Source: a bacterium (GTDB taxonomy: Bacteria > Patescibacteriota > Minisyncoccia > JAHIHE01). From it: 64,000 nucleotides of DNA. The translations under genes and the position numbers were made by a program. Position 1 is the first letter of the stretch; each line of letters begins with the position of its first letter. This document shows positions 36,814 to 46,578 of this stretch, in pieces. Location of the stretch: contig JAUYBG010000010.1 of the NCBI GenBank assembly GCA_030693205.1, positions 66,059-130,058 on the forward strand, given 5' to 3'. The notes beneath the pieces are model-generated. The model was not told the origin of the DNA, searched no databases, and saw only the letters and a program-made list of their open reading frames with translations.

Positions 36814-38550
36814 ATGGCTGAAAATACTAACAAGCGGATCAATTTTGCATTGCTGTTAATTTTTTTATTTTCCGGCGTGGTTCTTTACAGGATGTTCAAT
36901 TGGCAGATACTCCGGCATTCGTTTTATATCGCTTTGGCCGAAGGCCAGCATAATTTTTTGGGCCAGCTTTTTCCGGACAGGGGAGAGATTTTTATTAAAG
37001 ACAAATCAAGCTTAAGGCTTGTCGGGGATCGGACAGAATCATATTTTCCGGTGGCGGTAAATAATCGAGGCTATGTCGTTTATGCGGTTCCACGGGATAT
37101 AAAAGATATTTCAGGCACAATAAAGGTTCTTGAAGGTTTTCTCGGCATTCCCGCCCAAGAGCTGGCGAAACGGCTTAATAAGCCGAATGATTCTTATGAA
37201 ATACTTGCCCACAAGGTTCCGGAGGAAATGGTAAAGAAAATCGAAGAAGCGAAGCTTAAAGGCATAAAAAGCGAGGAAGAGGCGTGGCGGTATTGGCCGG
37301 AGAATAATTTTATGAGCCATGTTTTGGGGTTTGTGGGCTATTCCGGATCTAAAAGAGTGGGGCAATACGGGCTGGAAGGATATTACAATAGCAATCTTGA
37401 AGGCCAAAGCGGCTTAATCGAATCAGAGCAGGATGTTGGAGGCAAGTGGATTACTTTTGGAATGAAACAATATGTTCCGGCGCGAAATGGAGTGGATCTG
37501 ATACTGACCATTGATAGATCGATACAATATAAAGTTGAGCAGGTTCTTAACAAGAAAGCGGAAGAGATCAAAGCCGTATCCGCTTCGGCGATAGTAATGG
37601 ATCCGGCGACCGGAAAGATCCTGGCGATGGCCAGTTGGCCGAATTTCGATTTGAATAATTATTCGGCTGTAAAAAATTACGATACATTTTTAAATACGAA
37701 TATCCAATCGAGGTACGAGCCGGGTTCGGTGATAAAATCTTTTACGATGGCCGCGGCGTTGAATGAAGGCAAGATCACGCCGGATACCGTATATGAAGAT
37801 AAGGGAAAAATGATCATTGATGGCTGGCCGGTAAGCAACGCGGAAAATAAAATATATGGCCGCCAGACGATGACTCAGGTTTTGGAAAATTCTATCAACA
37901 CGGGAGCGATCTTTGCTTCATCGAGGATCGATAAAAATAAATTTTTGGATTATTTTAAAAATTTCGGCTTTGATGTTCCGACCGGAATAGAATTGCAGGG
38001 AGAGATCGCGGGGGATTTGAGCAATTTGGACGCAAAAAAAGACGTGGCTTTCGCCAATGCTTCATTTGGACAGGGAATTGCCATGACCCCTCTGGAACTG
38101 ATCACCGCTTTTTCGAGCCTCGTCAACGGAGGAAAATTGATGAAGCCGTATATTGTTGAAAAAATATTAGAGGGAAATAAAGTCGTTGAAGAGCATTATC
38201 CGGAAACGGTTCGCCAGATAATTTCCGAAGGAACTTCCGCCAAGATCATGTCAATGCTTGTGAGCGTGGTAGAGAGCGGACACTCAAAAGGAGCGAAAAT
38301 AAATGGCTATTGGATCGGAGGCAAAACCGGTACGGCTCAGATCTCTTTTAAAAACAAGAAAGGGTATTCGGATAAGACAGTCCATACTTTTGTGGGTTTT
38401 GGTTCCGCTCCCGACCCGAAATTCATTATTTTGGTAAAGTTTGACGAACCGGAGATCGCGGAATACGCCAATGCGTCGGCAACGCCGGTTTTTAGCGAGA
38501 TCGCAAAATTCTTGGTAAATTATTTGGAGATTCCTCCGAACAGAAAGTGA
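36814..38550 (+). CDS. ftsI: Class B penicillin-binding protein (FtsI/SpoVD type)
   Basis: RGEI, EPGSVIK (SxxK), SIN (SxN), KTGTAQ; start likely ATG 36814. Confidence 0.9.
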   Translation: MAENTNKRINFALLLIFLFSGVVLYRMFNWQILRHSFYIALAEGQHNFLGQLFPDRGEIFIKDKSSLRLVGDRTESYFPVAVNNRGYVVYAVPRDIKDISGTIKVLEGFLGIPAQELAKRLNKPNDSYEILAHKVPEEMVKKIEEAKLKGIKSEEEAWRYWPENNFMSHVLGFVGYSGSKRVGQYGLEGYYNSNLEGQSGLIESEQDVGGKWITFGMKQYVPARNGVDLILTIDRSIQYKVEQVLNKKAEEIKAVSASAIVMDPATGKILAMASWPNFDLNNYSAVKNYDTFLNTNIQSRYEPGSVIKSFTMAAALNEGKITPDTVYEDKGKMIIDGWPVSNAENKIYGRQTMTQVLENSINTGAIFASSRIDKNKFLDYFKNFGFDVPTGIELQGEIAGDLSNLDAKKDVAFANASFGQGIAMTPLELITAFSSLVNGGKLMKPYIVEKILEGNKVVEEHYPETVRQIISEGTSAKIMSMLVSVVESGHSKGAKINGYWIGGKTGTAQISFKNKKGYSDKTVHTFVGFGSAPDPKFIILVKFDEPEIAEYANASATPVFSEIAKFLVNYLEIPPNRK

Positions 38551-39755
38551 AATTTATGATAAAATTATTGGCAAAAAAGATCATTGAATTATATAAGCCG
38601 ACGATCGTCGGGGTTCTTTCTTTTGATTCGGAGTTTGATCCTTCCAGCATCTCTCTCCTTGCTTTATCGAAAAGATTTATTATGGCAAAAAAATCCGTAG
38701 AGGTCAGGAACGCGGATGATGTTATCGGAGGGATCTTGAATATAGAAGCGGGTCAGGGTCCGATCAATAAATTTCTTGCGGCTTTGCATTGGCTGGTCTC
38801 GAAAAAAACCGATTATCCGGAAATAATTTTGTTTGACATTTCCAATCAATGGGTGCTCAGGGAGATGAGAAGCTTGGCTGATTTTTTGAAATTTAATTTT
38901 TTGATAATTTTGCCGCGATCTTCGAAAAAAGATATTATTGACCGGGAAAATATCAGTTTTTTTCTGGCCAAGAATTCAAAGCTTATTTTGAAATCGACCG
39001 ACAGGAATATCTACGAATTTTTGAAAAAAAAGTGCGCGATCCTGACTTATTCTTCCAAAGACTCGGATATTTTCGCGAGTGATATGGTTCTTCAGTCTAA
39101 CGGCGGGATAAAAGGAGCCGCCCGATGCGGGATCAGCTTCAAGATCAATTATAAAGGCAGCCTTTTGCCGGTAAGAATAAATTATAGCATAAACGAAAAA
39201 GAAGTGTGCAATGTTTTGATCGCCACTCTTTTGGGGCTTGAAATGGGGATGAATTTGGTGGAAATTGCCAGTTCTTTTTCCAATTATCGACCGGTAAACA
39301 GCATGAGAGTTCTTAACGGGATAAAGCACAGCGTGATCATTGATAATTCCGATAATTACAATTATGACAGCGCTCATACCGCTTTGGACCATTTTGAAAA
39401 AATAAAAGCCAGCCGAAAAATTATTGTGGCGGGCGATATTTTGGGTTTGGGCGTAAAATCGGAAGATCTGCACCGGGAACTTGCCAGAAAGATCTTTGAA
39501 CAAGGGCTCGATCTGATCTTTTGCGTCGGCGGACGGGGTAATTTTATCTTTGATGAACTGAAAAAGCTTAATTTTCACTCCGACAGGCTTTACAAGTTTG
39601 ATAGCGCGGGCGAGGTGGAAAAGATCCTTCAGCCCAAAATACAGGAAGATGACGTGATATTGATCAGCGGTTCAAAAGAGATCGGACTGGATCTGGTGGT
39701 CAGGCAGATCATGGCCAATCCCACGCCCAATGGCAGGCAGGCGCTGATAAAATAA
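38547..39755 (+). CDS. Degenerate MurF-like Mur ligase
   Basis: C-terminal IIDNS.N, GDILGLG...H, D.ILI.GS match MurF, but the GSxGKT P-loop is absent. Confidence 0.7.
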   Translation: MKFMIKLLAKKIIELYKPTIVGVLSFDSEFDPSSISLLALSKRFIMAKKSVEVRNADDVIGGILNIEAGQGPINKFLAALHWLVSKKTDYPEIILFDISNQWVLREMRSLADFLKFNFLIILPRSSKKDIIDRENISFFLAKNSKLILKSTDRNIYEFLKKKCAILTYSSKDSDIFASDMVLQSNGGIKGAARCGISFKINYKGSLLPVRINYSINEKEVCNVLIATLLGLEMGMNLVEIASSFSNYRPVNSMRVLNGIKHSVIIDNSDNYNYDSAHTALDHFEKIKASRKIIVAGDILGLGVKSEDLHRELARKIFEQGLDLIFCVGGRGNFIFDELKKLNFHSDRLYKFDSAGEVEKILQPKIQEDDVILISGSKEIGLDLVVRQIMANPTPNGRQALIK

Positions 39756-39778
39756 AAAGTTTTTTTCAAAAAGTTTTT

Positions 39779-40831
39779 TTAGTAAAAAGCGTTTTTGGCG
39801 ATTTTTTTATGAAGTTTGAGATACCAAGGTTCTAATTTTTGCCAGACGGAATAAGTCTGTTTTTTAATCGGCAGATCGAGGCATCCGACGAACTCGGTAA
39901 TATCCGGATTGAATCCCGATTTAAATCGATAGAGTCCCCACCAAGGACTTTTTTCGTTGCGCTCTTTCAAGGGAGGCACGGCAACCATATCATAGGTTTC
40001 AAAGCCGTTTTGTTTTGCCCATCGCATCGCGGTCCATTGAAGAGCGTAAGGCGACATGGTTTTTTGGGAATTTCTGGAAGAACCGCCGTCTTTGTACCAG
40101 ATTTTTTTGCCGAGATGGTAAGCAAATAAAGCCGCCAAAGGTTCGCCATTGAGCGAGGCGATAAAAATTTTTCCCGAGTTAGCCTCGATGCATTTTTTCC
40201 AATAACTTAAAATATATTCTTTGGGCCGGATAAAAAAATTCGCGCGGCTGCTTGTTTCTTCGTACAGTTCGTACATAATTTTTATCCCTTCCTGGGAGTT
40301 GTCTTCTTTGACAGCGACGCCGTGTTTTTGGGCGAGGCGGATATTGTAGCGGGTTTTTTGTTTGAATCCGGCCAAAATTTCTTCCTCGGTTTTTCGCAAG
40401 TCCACGAAAGTTGTGGCCTTGAACTGGAGGTCAAGTTGTGATTTTATCAATCCCAGCGACGCGTATTTTTTTATTTCTTTCTCGGTTTCAACGATCTCCG
40501 GTTCGATTTTTATAAGGAGAACGTTGTTTTTTTCGGCAATTTCCGCCAGAGATTTCAAAAGATAATGCCATTGATCGCATGAAAAGCTGGATAAGTTCGG
40601 GCCTTTGGGCGCGTACCAGATCCATCCAAAGGGAGTTTTTCTTTTCAAAATTTGAATGGCTAATTTTTTACCATCGTTTTCTTCCAAGATAAAGCGCAAA
40701 GGCTGCCATCCCCATTCCGCCTTGAACTCTCCCCACTGGGAAGATTGTAAAAAATGGCCGCCATCGGGATTGGCGACAATAAGTTCGTTCCAATGATTCT
40801 CTTCTTCTTTTGTGGCTGGGCGAAAAAGCAT
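39779..40831 (-). CDS. FemABX-family aminoacyl-tRNA-dependent peptidoglycan bridge transferase
   Basis: HFLQS..WG..K, YAPKGP, KIEP, KTRYNIRLA.K.GV, GLYRFKSGF. Confidence 0.9.
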   Translation of the reverse strand: MLFRPATKEEENHWNELIVANPDGGHFLQSSQWGEFKAEWGWQPLRFILEENDGKKLAIQILKRKTPFGWIWYAPKGPNLSSFSCDQWHYLLKSLAEIAEKNNVLLIKIEPEIVETEKEIKKYASLGLIKSQLDLQFKATTFVDLRKTEEEILAGFKQKTRYNIRLAQKHGVAVKEDNSQEGIKIMYELYEETSSRANFFIRPKEYILSYWKKCIEANSGKIFIASLNGEPLAALFAYHLGKKIWYKDGGSSRNSQKTMSPYALQWTAMRWAKQNGFETYDMVAVPPLKERNEKSPWWGLYRFKSGFNPDITEFVGCLDLPIKKQTYSVWQKLEPWYLKLHKKIAKNAFY

Positions 40832-40845
40832 TAAATTTATTTAAA

Positions 40846-40911
40846 TTTACCCCGTGAAATAAAATCCTGTAAGGATTTTAGAATGCTTTGCATTCTATTT
40901 CACTGGGTGAA
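40846..40911. repeat. CCCCGT-ended miniature element (gene-less copy); supplies the stop codon of the femABX gene at 40900-41877
   Basis: tttaccccgtgaaata + hairpins aaaatcctgtaaggatttt and tagaatgctttgcattcta + tatttcactgggtgaa. Confidence 0.8.
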
Positions 40912-41877
40912 TTTTTTTCCTAATTTATAAAGTTTGAACCAGAAGCCGGAAAAAGGATGATCGTACGCTCCGATATAATGCGTTCTTTTGCCGCCAAAGC
41001 TTTCTTTGAATTTAGTCAGTCCGTGCCACGGATGTTTTTCATCCGCTCCGGCCGGAGAAACGCCATACATATCAAAATTTTCGCAAAGCTTTCTTTTCGC
41101 TTCTTTCATGGCGAACCAGACCAGCGCGTTGGCGGCGCGGTAAGAGCCGCTTGAAGCCGCGTGAATATATGAGGCGGTTTTTCCAAAATAAACCACGATG
41201 CATCCCGAGATTATTTCCGCGCCGATTTTGGCAAAAAACAGATCAACTTGGCCGGCGGGTTTGAGGGCGTTAATAAGCGTTTGATAGTAGGCGATCGGAT
41301 GAGTCCGGAAAGAATCGCGTTTGGCGGTTTTTTCGAGAAGTTCCAGGAAATTTTTTATGCCCGCATCAGTCGAGTCAGTGCAAAGCGCCACATTTTTTTT
41401 GTCAGCTTGCTTGATCTCGTTTCGGCAGCGTTTCTCAAAGCTTTCGAAGATCTCGTGCTCCGCTCGAGAGATATCTATGATCAGCGAATTTTCGGGCTGA
41501 ATGGATTTTTCGGCTTTTTTAAATCCTAAGTTTTGAAGAGCGGAAGCGATTTTCTCGTCGGACGTTTTCGGCTCTATTTTCAGGAAGATCGTATCATGAT
41601 CTTTGGCGATGGATCTAATCTTATTCAAAAAATTTGCAAAGACGGTTTCCGCGTCGTTTTTTTGATTGTCAAAAACCGGGCCATATGGCGCGTAAAAATA
41701 AGTTTTTCCAAAGCGCAGGGGATTGATTATGATCAAAGCTTGCCAGTCGTTTTCTTTTAGGTACAGAACTTCTTTGCCGGCGGCTTTTTGAAATTGACCC
41801 CATGCCCAGGATTGCAAAAAAGAGCCGTCGTGGCTTAAAATAAACGAATCCCAGTTTTCGCGATTTAGTTCTGACAT
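40900..41877 (-). CDS. FemABX-family peptidyl transferase (second paralog)
   Basis: SFLQS.AWG, YAPYGP, LKIEP, GLTKFKESFGG. Confidence 0.9.
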   Translation of the reverse strand: MSELNRENWDSFILSHDGSFLQSWAWGQFQKAAGKEVLYLKENDWQALIIINPLRFGKTYFYAPYGPVFDNQKNDAETVFANFLNKIRSIAKDHDTIFLKIEPKTSDEKIASALQNLGFKKAEKSIQPENSLIIDISRAEHEIFESFEKRCRNEIKQADKKNVALCTDSTDAGIKNFLELLEKTAKRDSFRTHPIAYYQTLINALKPAGQVDLFFAKIGAEIISGCIVVYFGKTASYIHAASSGSYRAANALVWFAMKEAKRKLCENFDMYGVSPAGADEKHPWHGLTKFKESFGGKRTHYIGAYDHPFSGFWFKLYKLGKKFTQ

Positions 41878-42034
41878 ATTTTTAAATTCTCCAAAGCGCG
41901 TATTTTATTGTATAATTATATGGTATTTGACGAGTAGAGTCAATTTTAATTAATGAACTTTATAACTCGATAACTGCCGAGCTCTTGTTATTTTTCCATT
42001 TTATCGCTAGAATTATGTTATTGGTTATTTGCGG

Positions 42035-42106
42035 GGCCCTATCGTCTAGTGGCTAGGACAGGTGGTTCTCATCCACCAAACAGGGGTCCGATTCCCCTTA
42101 GGGCTA
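42035..42106 (+). tRNA. tRNA-Glu (CTC)
   Basis: Cloverleaf GGCCCTA/TAGGGCT; anticodon arm ggtgg-ttCTCat-ccacc; T-loop reads TCCGATT; no encoded CCA. Confidence 0.92.
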
Positions 42107-42198
42107 CTAAATAAAATTAATAATTTAAAACCGAGAACGCTAAACGATAAATTCAAAATTTAACGTCGCAGACCCAGCGTTCAAAGTTTATACTATTT

Positions 42199-42942
42199 AT
42201 GCAAGAGAAAAAACAGCAAGCGCCGCAGCAAGCGCAACAAGAAGTAAAAGTTACGGAAGATTTTAACAAAAACATCAAAGACCTGGGGTTGGTGATCCTG
42301 ATCGTAGCCGTCGCCGGCTGGGCGCTTTTTAAGTATGACTCAAGAAATGAAAATAATAATTCAAATAATCAAACTAAAGAACAAACTATGGAAAAACCAG
42401 CGATAAAGCAAGTTGAAAAACCGACCAAAGAGGAAGCCGCGAAATATGACGCGATTGCGGACAAAAAAATCGTGGTTATCGAAACCAATAAAGGCGTAAT
42501 AAAAGCGAAGCTTTATGCGAAAGACGCGCCTTATACGGTGGCGAGTTTTATGAAATTGATCGAAAACGGCTTATATGATGGCTTGATCTTTCATCGGGTA
42601 ATTGCCGGTTTTATGATCCAGGGAGGCGATCCTTACGGAAATGGCACTGGCGGACCCGGCTATAAATTTGACGATGAACTGAATGCAAAAACTGTTTCTT
42701 ACAAGGCAGGCTATAAAAAAGGCGTTCTGGCTATGGCAAATTCCGGTCCGAATACCAACGGCAGTCAGTTTTTTATTATGTTAGAGGACTATCAACTACC
42801 GAAGAACTATACGATTTTTGGAAAAGTTACCGTCGGCCAAGAAGTGGTGGACGCGATTGGCAAAGTGGCGACAGATAAGAGTAATGATAAACCTCTCGAA
42901 GACGTGAAAATAACAAAAGTTTATTTAGAGGATGTAAAATAG
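42199..42942 (+). CDS. Cyclophilin-type peptidyl-prolyl isomerase with N-terminal TM
   Basis: FHRVIAGFMIQGGDP, LAMANSGPNTNGSQFFI, YTIFG. Confidence 0.95.
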   Translation: MQEKKQQAPQQAQQEVKVTEDFNKNIKDLGLVILIVAVAGWALFKYDSRNENNNSNNQTKEQTMEKPAIKQVEKPTKEEAAKYDAIADKKIVVIETNKGVIKAKLYAKDAPYTVASFMKLIENGLYDGLIFHRVIAGFMIQGGDPYGNGTGGPGYKFDDELNAKTVSYKAGYKKGVLAMANSGPNTNGSQFFIMLEDYQLPKNYTIFGKVTVGQEVVDAIGKVATDKSNDKPLEDVKITKVYLEDVK

Positions 42943-42963
42943 TCTCAATTCATAAAATATTTT

Positions 42964-42995
42964 AAAACGGCTCTCGCGAAGAGAACCGTTTTTTT
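42964..42995 (+). terminator. Intrinsic terminator
   Basis: aaaacggctctc-gcgaa-gagaaccgttttttt. Confidence 0.65.
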
Positions 42996-43047
42996 GTAAA
43001 AAAAAGAGGCAGAGCAGCTATATCGCTGGTGCCTTATTGGGCAAGTT

Positions 43048-43380
43048 TTATTTTTTTACTACATGGTATCCGGTAACTGACATTCTACTGCCGCCAGCGG
43101 GATGGGTACCGACAACGGTAAGCAGATTGTCGTCTTGAGGGGTTACCTTTTCCACTATCAGGTTATAAATGTCTCCTTTTTTAGGCGTTTTAATTAATAT
43201 ATTTTGGCCTACTTCTGGCATTTACAACACCACGATCATTTGGTTGGTTCCGCCGTTGAGATTTACTCCTATAGTTGTTTCTGTGGATTCTCCTTTTTCC
43301 GTTTTTAAAATAACGGCATCGTTGATTTGTTTGCCACGTTTTGCGTTTGCTTGTTGCACAAAATCTCCTTTATTTGCCAT
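43048..43380 (-). pseudogene. ~110-codon frame split by one in-frame TAA (or two tiny abutting genes)
   Basis: GGAGG RBS, then MANKGDFVQQ...IVVL* MPEVGQ...VVKK*; TAA at 43222-43224. Confidence 0.4.
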
Positions 43381-43450
43381 ATTTTTTCCTCCAATGTTCT
43401 TTTAAAGCTATTTTTGGCTTATATATTTATAGCACAAAAAAGTTATTTTG

Positions 43451-44530
43451 TCAATAAATTGTATAAGTCCACCCTTTTTTGCACTCCTCGTTAATTTTTA
43501 AATTTCTTGGCAAGGATAGGAGATATTGCACCGGCGATAATTTGTTTTGAAAAGCACAATGCGGTCTTTCGGTATTATACCATAAAAGATAATCAATAAC
43601 TTTTCGGTTGAAATTGTCAGGATTTTCCAACTCTCCTAGATGGTAATCAATGAATTCATCTTGAATCGTGCGGTTGAATCTTTCAATATGCGCGTTCATT
43701 TTAGGAGTTCTGGGGTAGGTATGATAATGAATCAAATGCAAGCGATTTAATTCTTCGTTAAAATGCTTCTTGAATTCAGAGCCGTTATCGGTTAAAACGA
43801 AAGTAAAAGGAAACGGGAAAGCTTTCTGGCAGTAATCAAAAAAATCTTTAGCGGCTTTTGAGGCGTGGCTGGTGGTGGCCCAGGCAAAAGCAAATCTGGT
43901 GTGAATGTCTTCAAAGGTAATTATGTATCTTCTGATTCCGTATACGAATTTCTCTATGGAATCCAAAGCAACCAAATGTCCCGGATATTCTGCTTTAAAA
44001 TCCTTTGGCTTACGCAATACTTTCTTTCTTTTAAGAGGTTTGATCTTGCCAAAATGAGTGACTTTTTGAGGAAATATTCTTAAGCCCCCTAAGTCCATAA
44101 TCAGCCTGCCGATAGTGGAAGATTCGGGGCATCGTTGATTATGCTCTTGGCAGAACTTTTTAAGCAAAGGATGAATTTTATCTTTACCCAGATTGGGATG
44201 CTTGAATCTTAATCGTTTGATTTCAGAGATCACTTCTTCCGGCCACAATCTTTTTCTTCTGATTATTGGGGCTTTGGATTTCTCGTTCAGAGCTTCGGGC
44301 TTTCTGCCGCCGCTGATAAACTTGGCTTTCCAGCCATAGAGAGTTCTCTCCTTGGTCTTAAAGGCATCAAGCGCGGCTTCCAGCCCGTGCTTCTCCCAGA
44401 AAGCCAATACTCGAGCTTTATGCAATGCTTTGGCAGTGATCATATATTGGTATTTTAAGGCGTAATTATACAAGGTGATAAAACCTTTAATACCAGTATA
44501 TTTAGAATGGATTGAATTGTAAAACTCCAT
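43451..44530 (-). CDS. DDE transposase, integrase core (IS481-like)
   Basis: HTH; PG.LVALD, D..TR, TDNGSEF, TPKMNAHIERFNRT..DE, YN.ERPH. Confidence 0.9.
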   Translation of the reverse strand: MEFYNSIHSKYTGIKGFITLYNYALKYQYMITAKALHKARVLAFWEKHGLEAALDAFKTKERTLYGWKAKFISGGRKPEALNEKSKAPIIRRKRLWPEEVISEIKRLRFKHPNLGKDKIHPLLKKFCQEHNQRCPESSTIGRLIMDLGGLRIFPQKVTHFGKIKPLKRKKVLRKPKDFKAEYPGHLVALDSIEKFVYGIRRYIITFEDIHTRFAFAWATTSHASKAAKDFFDYCQKAFPFPFTFVLTDNGSEFKKHFNEELNRLHLIHYHTYPRTPKMNAHIERFNRTIQDEFIDYHLGELENPDNFNRKVIDYLLWYNTERPHCAFQNKLSPVQYLLSLPRNLKINEECKKGWTYTIY

Positions 44531-44571
44531 TTAGGGTTTCATGGAGTGCAAGATGTATGTGAACTTATGCA
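43460..44571 (-). mobile_element. IS481-like insertion sequence
   Basis: Imperfect ~28-bp TIRs: tgtataagtccacccttttttgcactcc (43460-43487) versus reverse complement tgcataagttcacatacatcttgcactcc (44543-44571); no clear TSD. Confidence 0.8.
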
Positions 44572-44576
44572 ATGGA

Positions 44577-45023
44577 CTACTGCGGCAAAACACAGCCGGT
44601 TTTTTCTGCCAATTGGCTCATCGGCACCTCTCCTTCCTTTACCGTACCATCGGAAAATTTCCAAGTCGGATATCCTTTTATGCCGGCATCGTTGCAAACT
44701 TGCGCGAAAGTCCCAGCTTTGCCGTCTACGGTACATTCTTGATAATTCACATATTGAAAAGATGAACCAAACGCCGCTTTTTGATTTTTACAATATATGC
44801 ATGTAAAAGCCCCATACATTTTTGCGCCTTTTTCGGTCAAACATTTGGCAAAATTATCATATTTTGACGGAGCAGACGAAGCTACCGTTGGATTAGGGTC
44901 TACATTTCCAAAACTGGCTTTATTCAAATAAACCGCCCCGACAATTATCAAAAAAAATCCCAGCACTCCGATTATTACGTTTTTATTCATAGTCGTAATG
45001 GATAAATTTAAAGTTATTAACAC
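44577..45023 (-). CDS. Membrane-anchored thioredoxin-fold protein (VKOR-associated type)
   Basis: AKCL...GAKMYGAF.CIYC..QK..FG, EC, C...GI.GYPTW; start probably at MNKNV. Confidence 0.8.
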   Translation of the reverse strand: MLITLNLSITTMNKNVIIGVLGFFLIIVGAVYLNKASFGNVDPNPTVASSAPSKYDNFAKCLTEKGAKMYGAFTCIYCKNQKAAFGSSFQYVNYQECTVDGKAGTFAQVCNDAGIKGYPTWKFSDGTVKEGEVPMSQLAEKTGCVLPQ

Positions 45024-45368
45024 TTGCTACTTTGTATTATAGCTCATAAAAGAAAAAAACAAAAGCTTTTATGTAAAATTATTTTCATTTTATTATTATT
45101 ATTTTTATCTTATTTAAAAATCAAAACTGCCGAATCAAATATATAACGCTCAATGGCTTTGTTTTGTGACACTGTATCAATAACTTTAAATAAAAAAAAT
45201 AAAATCTACCGATGTTAAAATCCCTTGCTAAAGCTCTATTCCGTCAATGGTGGATTAAAAGTGGATAACTTCTCTTTATTAACGCGTAAACATTCCATTT
45301 TTAAAACCGACAGCTTGTCGTTTTTTGTTTTATCTAAGCCGTTATTTTTAATTATTGTTGTCAAAACA

Positions 45369-45396
45369 TTGACACTCTTTTTGGGTATGCTATACT
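45369..45396 (+). promoter_or_regulatory. Strong sigma70 promoter with no downstream ORF
   Basis: TTGACA-16-TATACT with an extended -10 TG. Confidence 0.65.
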
Positions 45397-45403
45397 TAGT
45401 TTA

Positions 45404-45601
45404 AGATTATATAAGATAAGTTTGTTTAGTGGGTTTTTGGTTGGTGTATCCTTGATCTTTATAGAGGTCAGAGACACACCAACCAAACAAAACAAAAAAT
45501 CAAAACAAAAAAATCGCCCTTCTGAAAGAATGGCACCAAAAAAACAAACAAACCCCAAAACAAACACAAAATAAAAAAATAAAATTATACTTATATAATC
45601 T
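45404..45601 (+). ncRNA. Candidate ~200-nt structured non-coding RNA
   Basis: 12-bp closing stem agattatataag/cttatataatct, inner 12-bp stem tttggttggtgt/acaccaaccaaa, A/C-rich strands, promoter upstream and terminator at 45612-45636. Confidence 0.5.
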
Positions 45602-45744
45602 CTCTCAAAGCATCGATTCACAGGAATCGATTTTTTGATGTCTTTTTTATTTTTAAATTTATAATCATAAACCGATATTTTAAATTTTAAAAGTGCATGT
45701 AAGCGCTTTAATAAGCTCAAAACAACATTTATCGACAGATATTA

Positions 45745-45823
45745 AAAGCTCGCCAATTTATTTTTGATTGTACAAGGGGGTTCAGGGGTTCCCCTATACA
45801 AGAAAAAATGATTGGCGAGCTTT
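45745..45823. repeat. ~80-bp MITE-like hairpin element, copy 1
   Basis: 13-bp TIR aaagctcgccaat/attggcgagcttt; second copy at 57562-57670. Confidence 0.85.
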
Positions 45824-45845
45824 GCCAAACACAATAGAGCATTAA

Positions 45846-46568
45846 TTAAGATTGGGCCACAAACCACGAAGCCACTACTGCCGCGGTTTCTGCGCGCAAT
45901 GTCAGCTTACCCAAACCAGCTGTTTTAAATTTATCGTTTTTTTCTATTTCATCTTTTACCAGTTTCAGCTCCTCCCCGCTCCAACCGCCTTCCGGGCCGA
46001 TAAAAATTCCGATTTTTTTATTTTTCCCCACTTTTAACTCTTCTCTATCCAATAAAGGATAATTCATTTCAAAAAACAAATTCAGATCATTTTGCTCCGC
46101 GCTTTTCAGCGCTTCGTCGAATTTTTGCGGTTCGTACAAAATCGGTAAAATTCCTCTTCCTGACTGCTCAGCCGCTTCCTTGATAATTTTTTCCAATCTT
46201 TCTTTTTTGAAACCCAATTTTACGGTTCTGGCGGACACCAATGGAACAATTTCCTTTATCCCGCACTCAGTCGCTTTTTGGACCACCCATTCAAAATTCT
46301 CCCGCTTCAAGATCGAACAATATAAAACGCCGTATATTTCCGGCTCATTTTTGTTTATATTATGCTCCAAAATTTCCACTTCCAAAAATTTTTTATCCGA
46401 TTCGATGATCTTCACCGAGGCCTCATTCAATTTTCCATCAGCCAAAATCAAACTGTCGCCTTTCCCGAGACGTAAAACGTTCCTAGCCTGATTTAAAATC
46501 TCCGCATCGTAGATTTTAAAGCGATTTTGTTCCAAACTAAAATTTCCGATAAAACGATGTAAACGCAT
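45846..46568 (-). CDS. rsmE: 16S rRNA m3U1498 methyltransferase
   Basis: VLRL, QKATE.G, EAAEQSGR, IGPEGGW, LG..TLRAETA; start at MRLHRF. Confidence 0.95.
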   Translation of the reverse strand: MRLHRFIGNFSLEQNRFKIYDAEILNQARNVLRLGKGDSLILADGKLNEASVKIIESDKKFLEVEILEHNINKNEPEIYGVLYCSILKRENFEWVVQKATECGIKEIVPLVSARTVKLGFKKERLEKIIKEAAEQSGRGILPILYEPQKFDEALKSAEQNDLNLFFEMNYPLLDREELKVGKNKKIGIFIGPEGGWSGEELKLVKDEIEKNDKFKTAGLGKLTLRAETAAVVASWFVAQS

Positions 46569-46578
46569 AAAAATAAAT

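Noticed and set aside
45024-45360. Replication origin in the AT-rich gap
   Set aside because: Only one imperfect DnaA box (about 45260-45268), and no dnaA or dnaN nearby.
45361-45720. 119-aa minus-strand Phe-rich ORF
   Set aside because: It arises from the low-complexity AAAC tract. The promoter and terminator point the other way.
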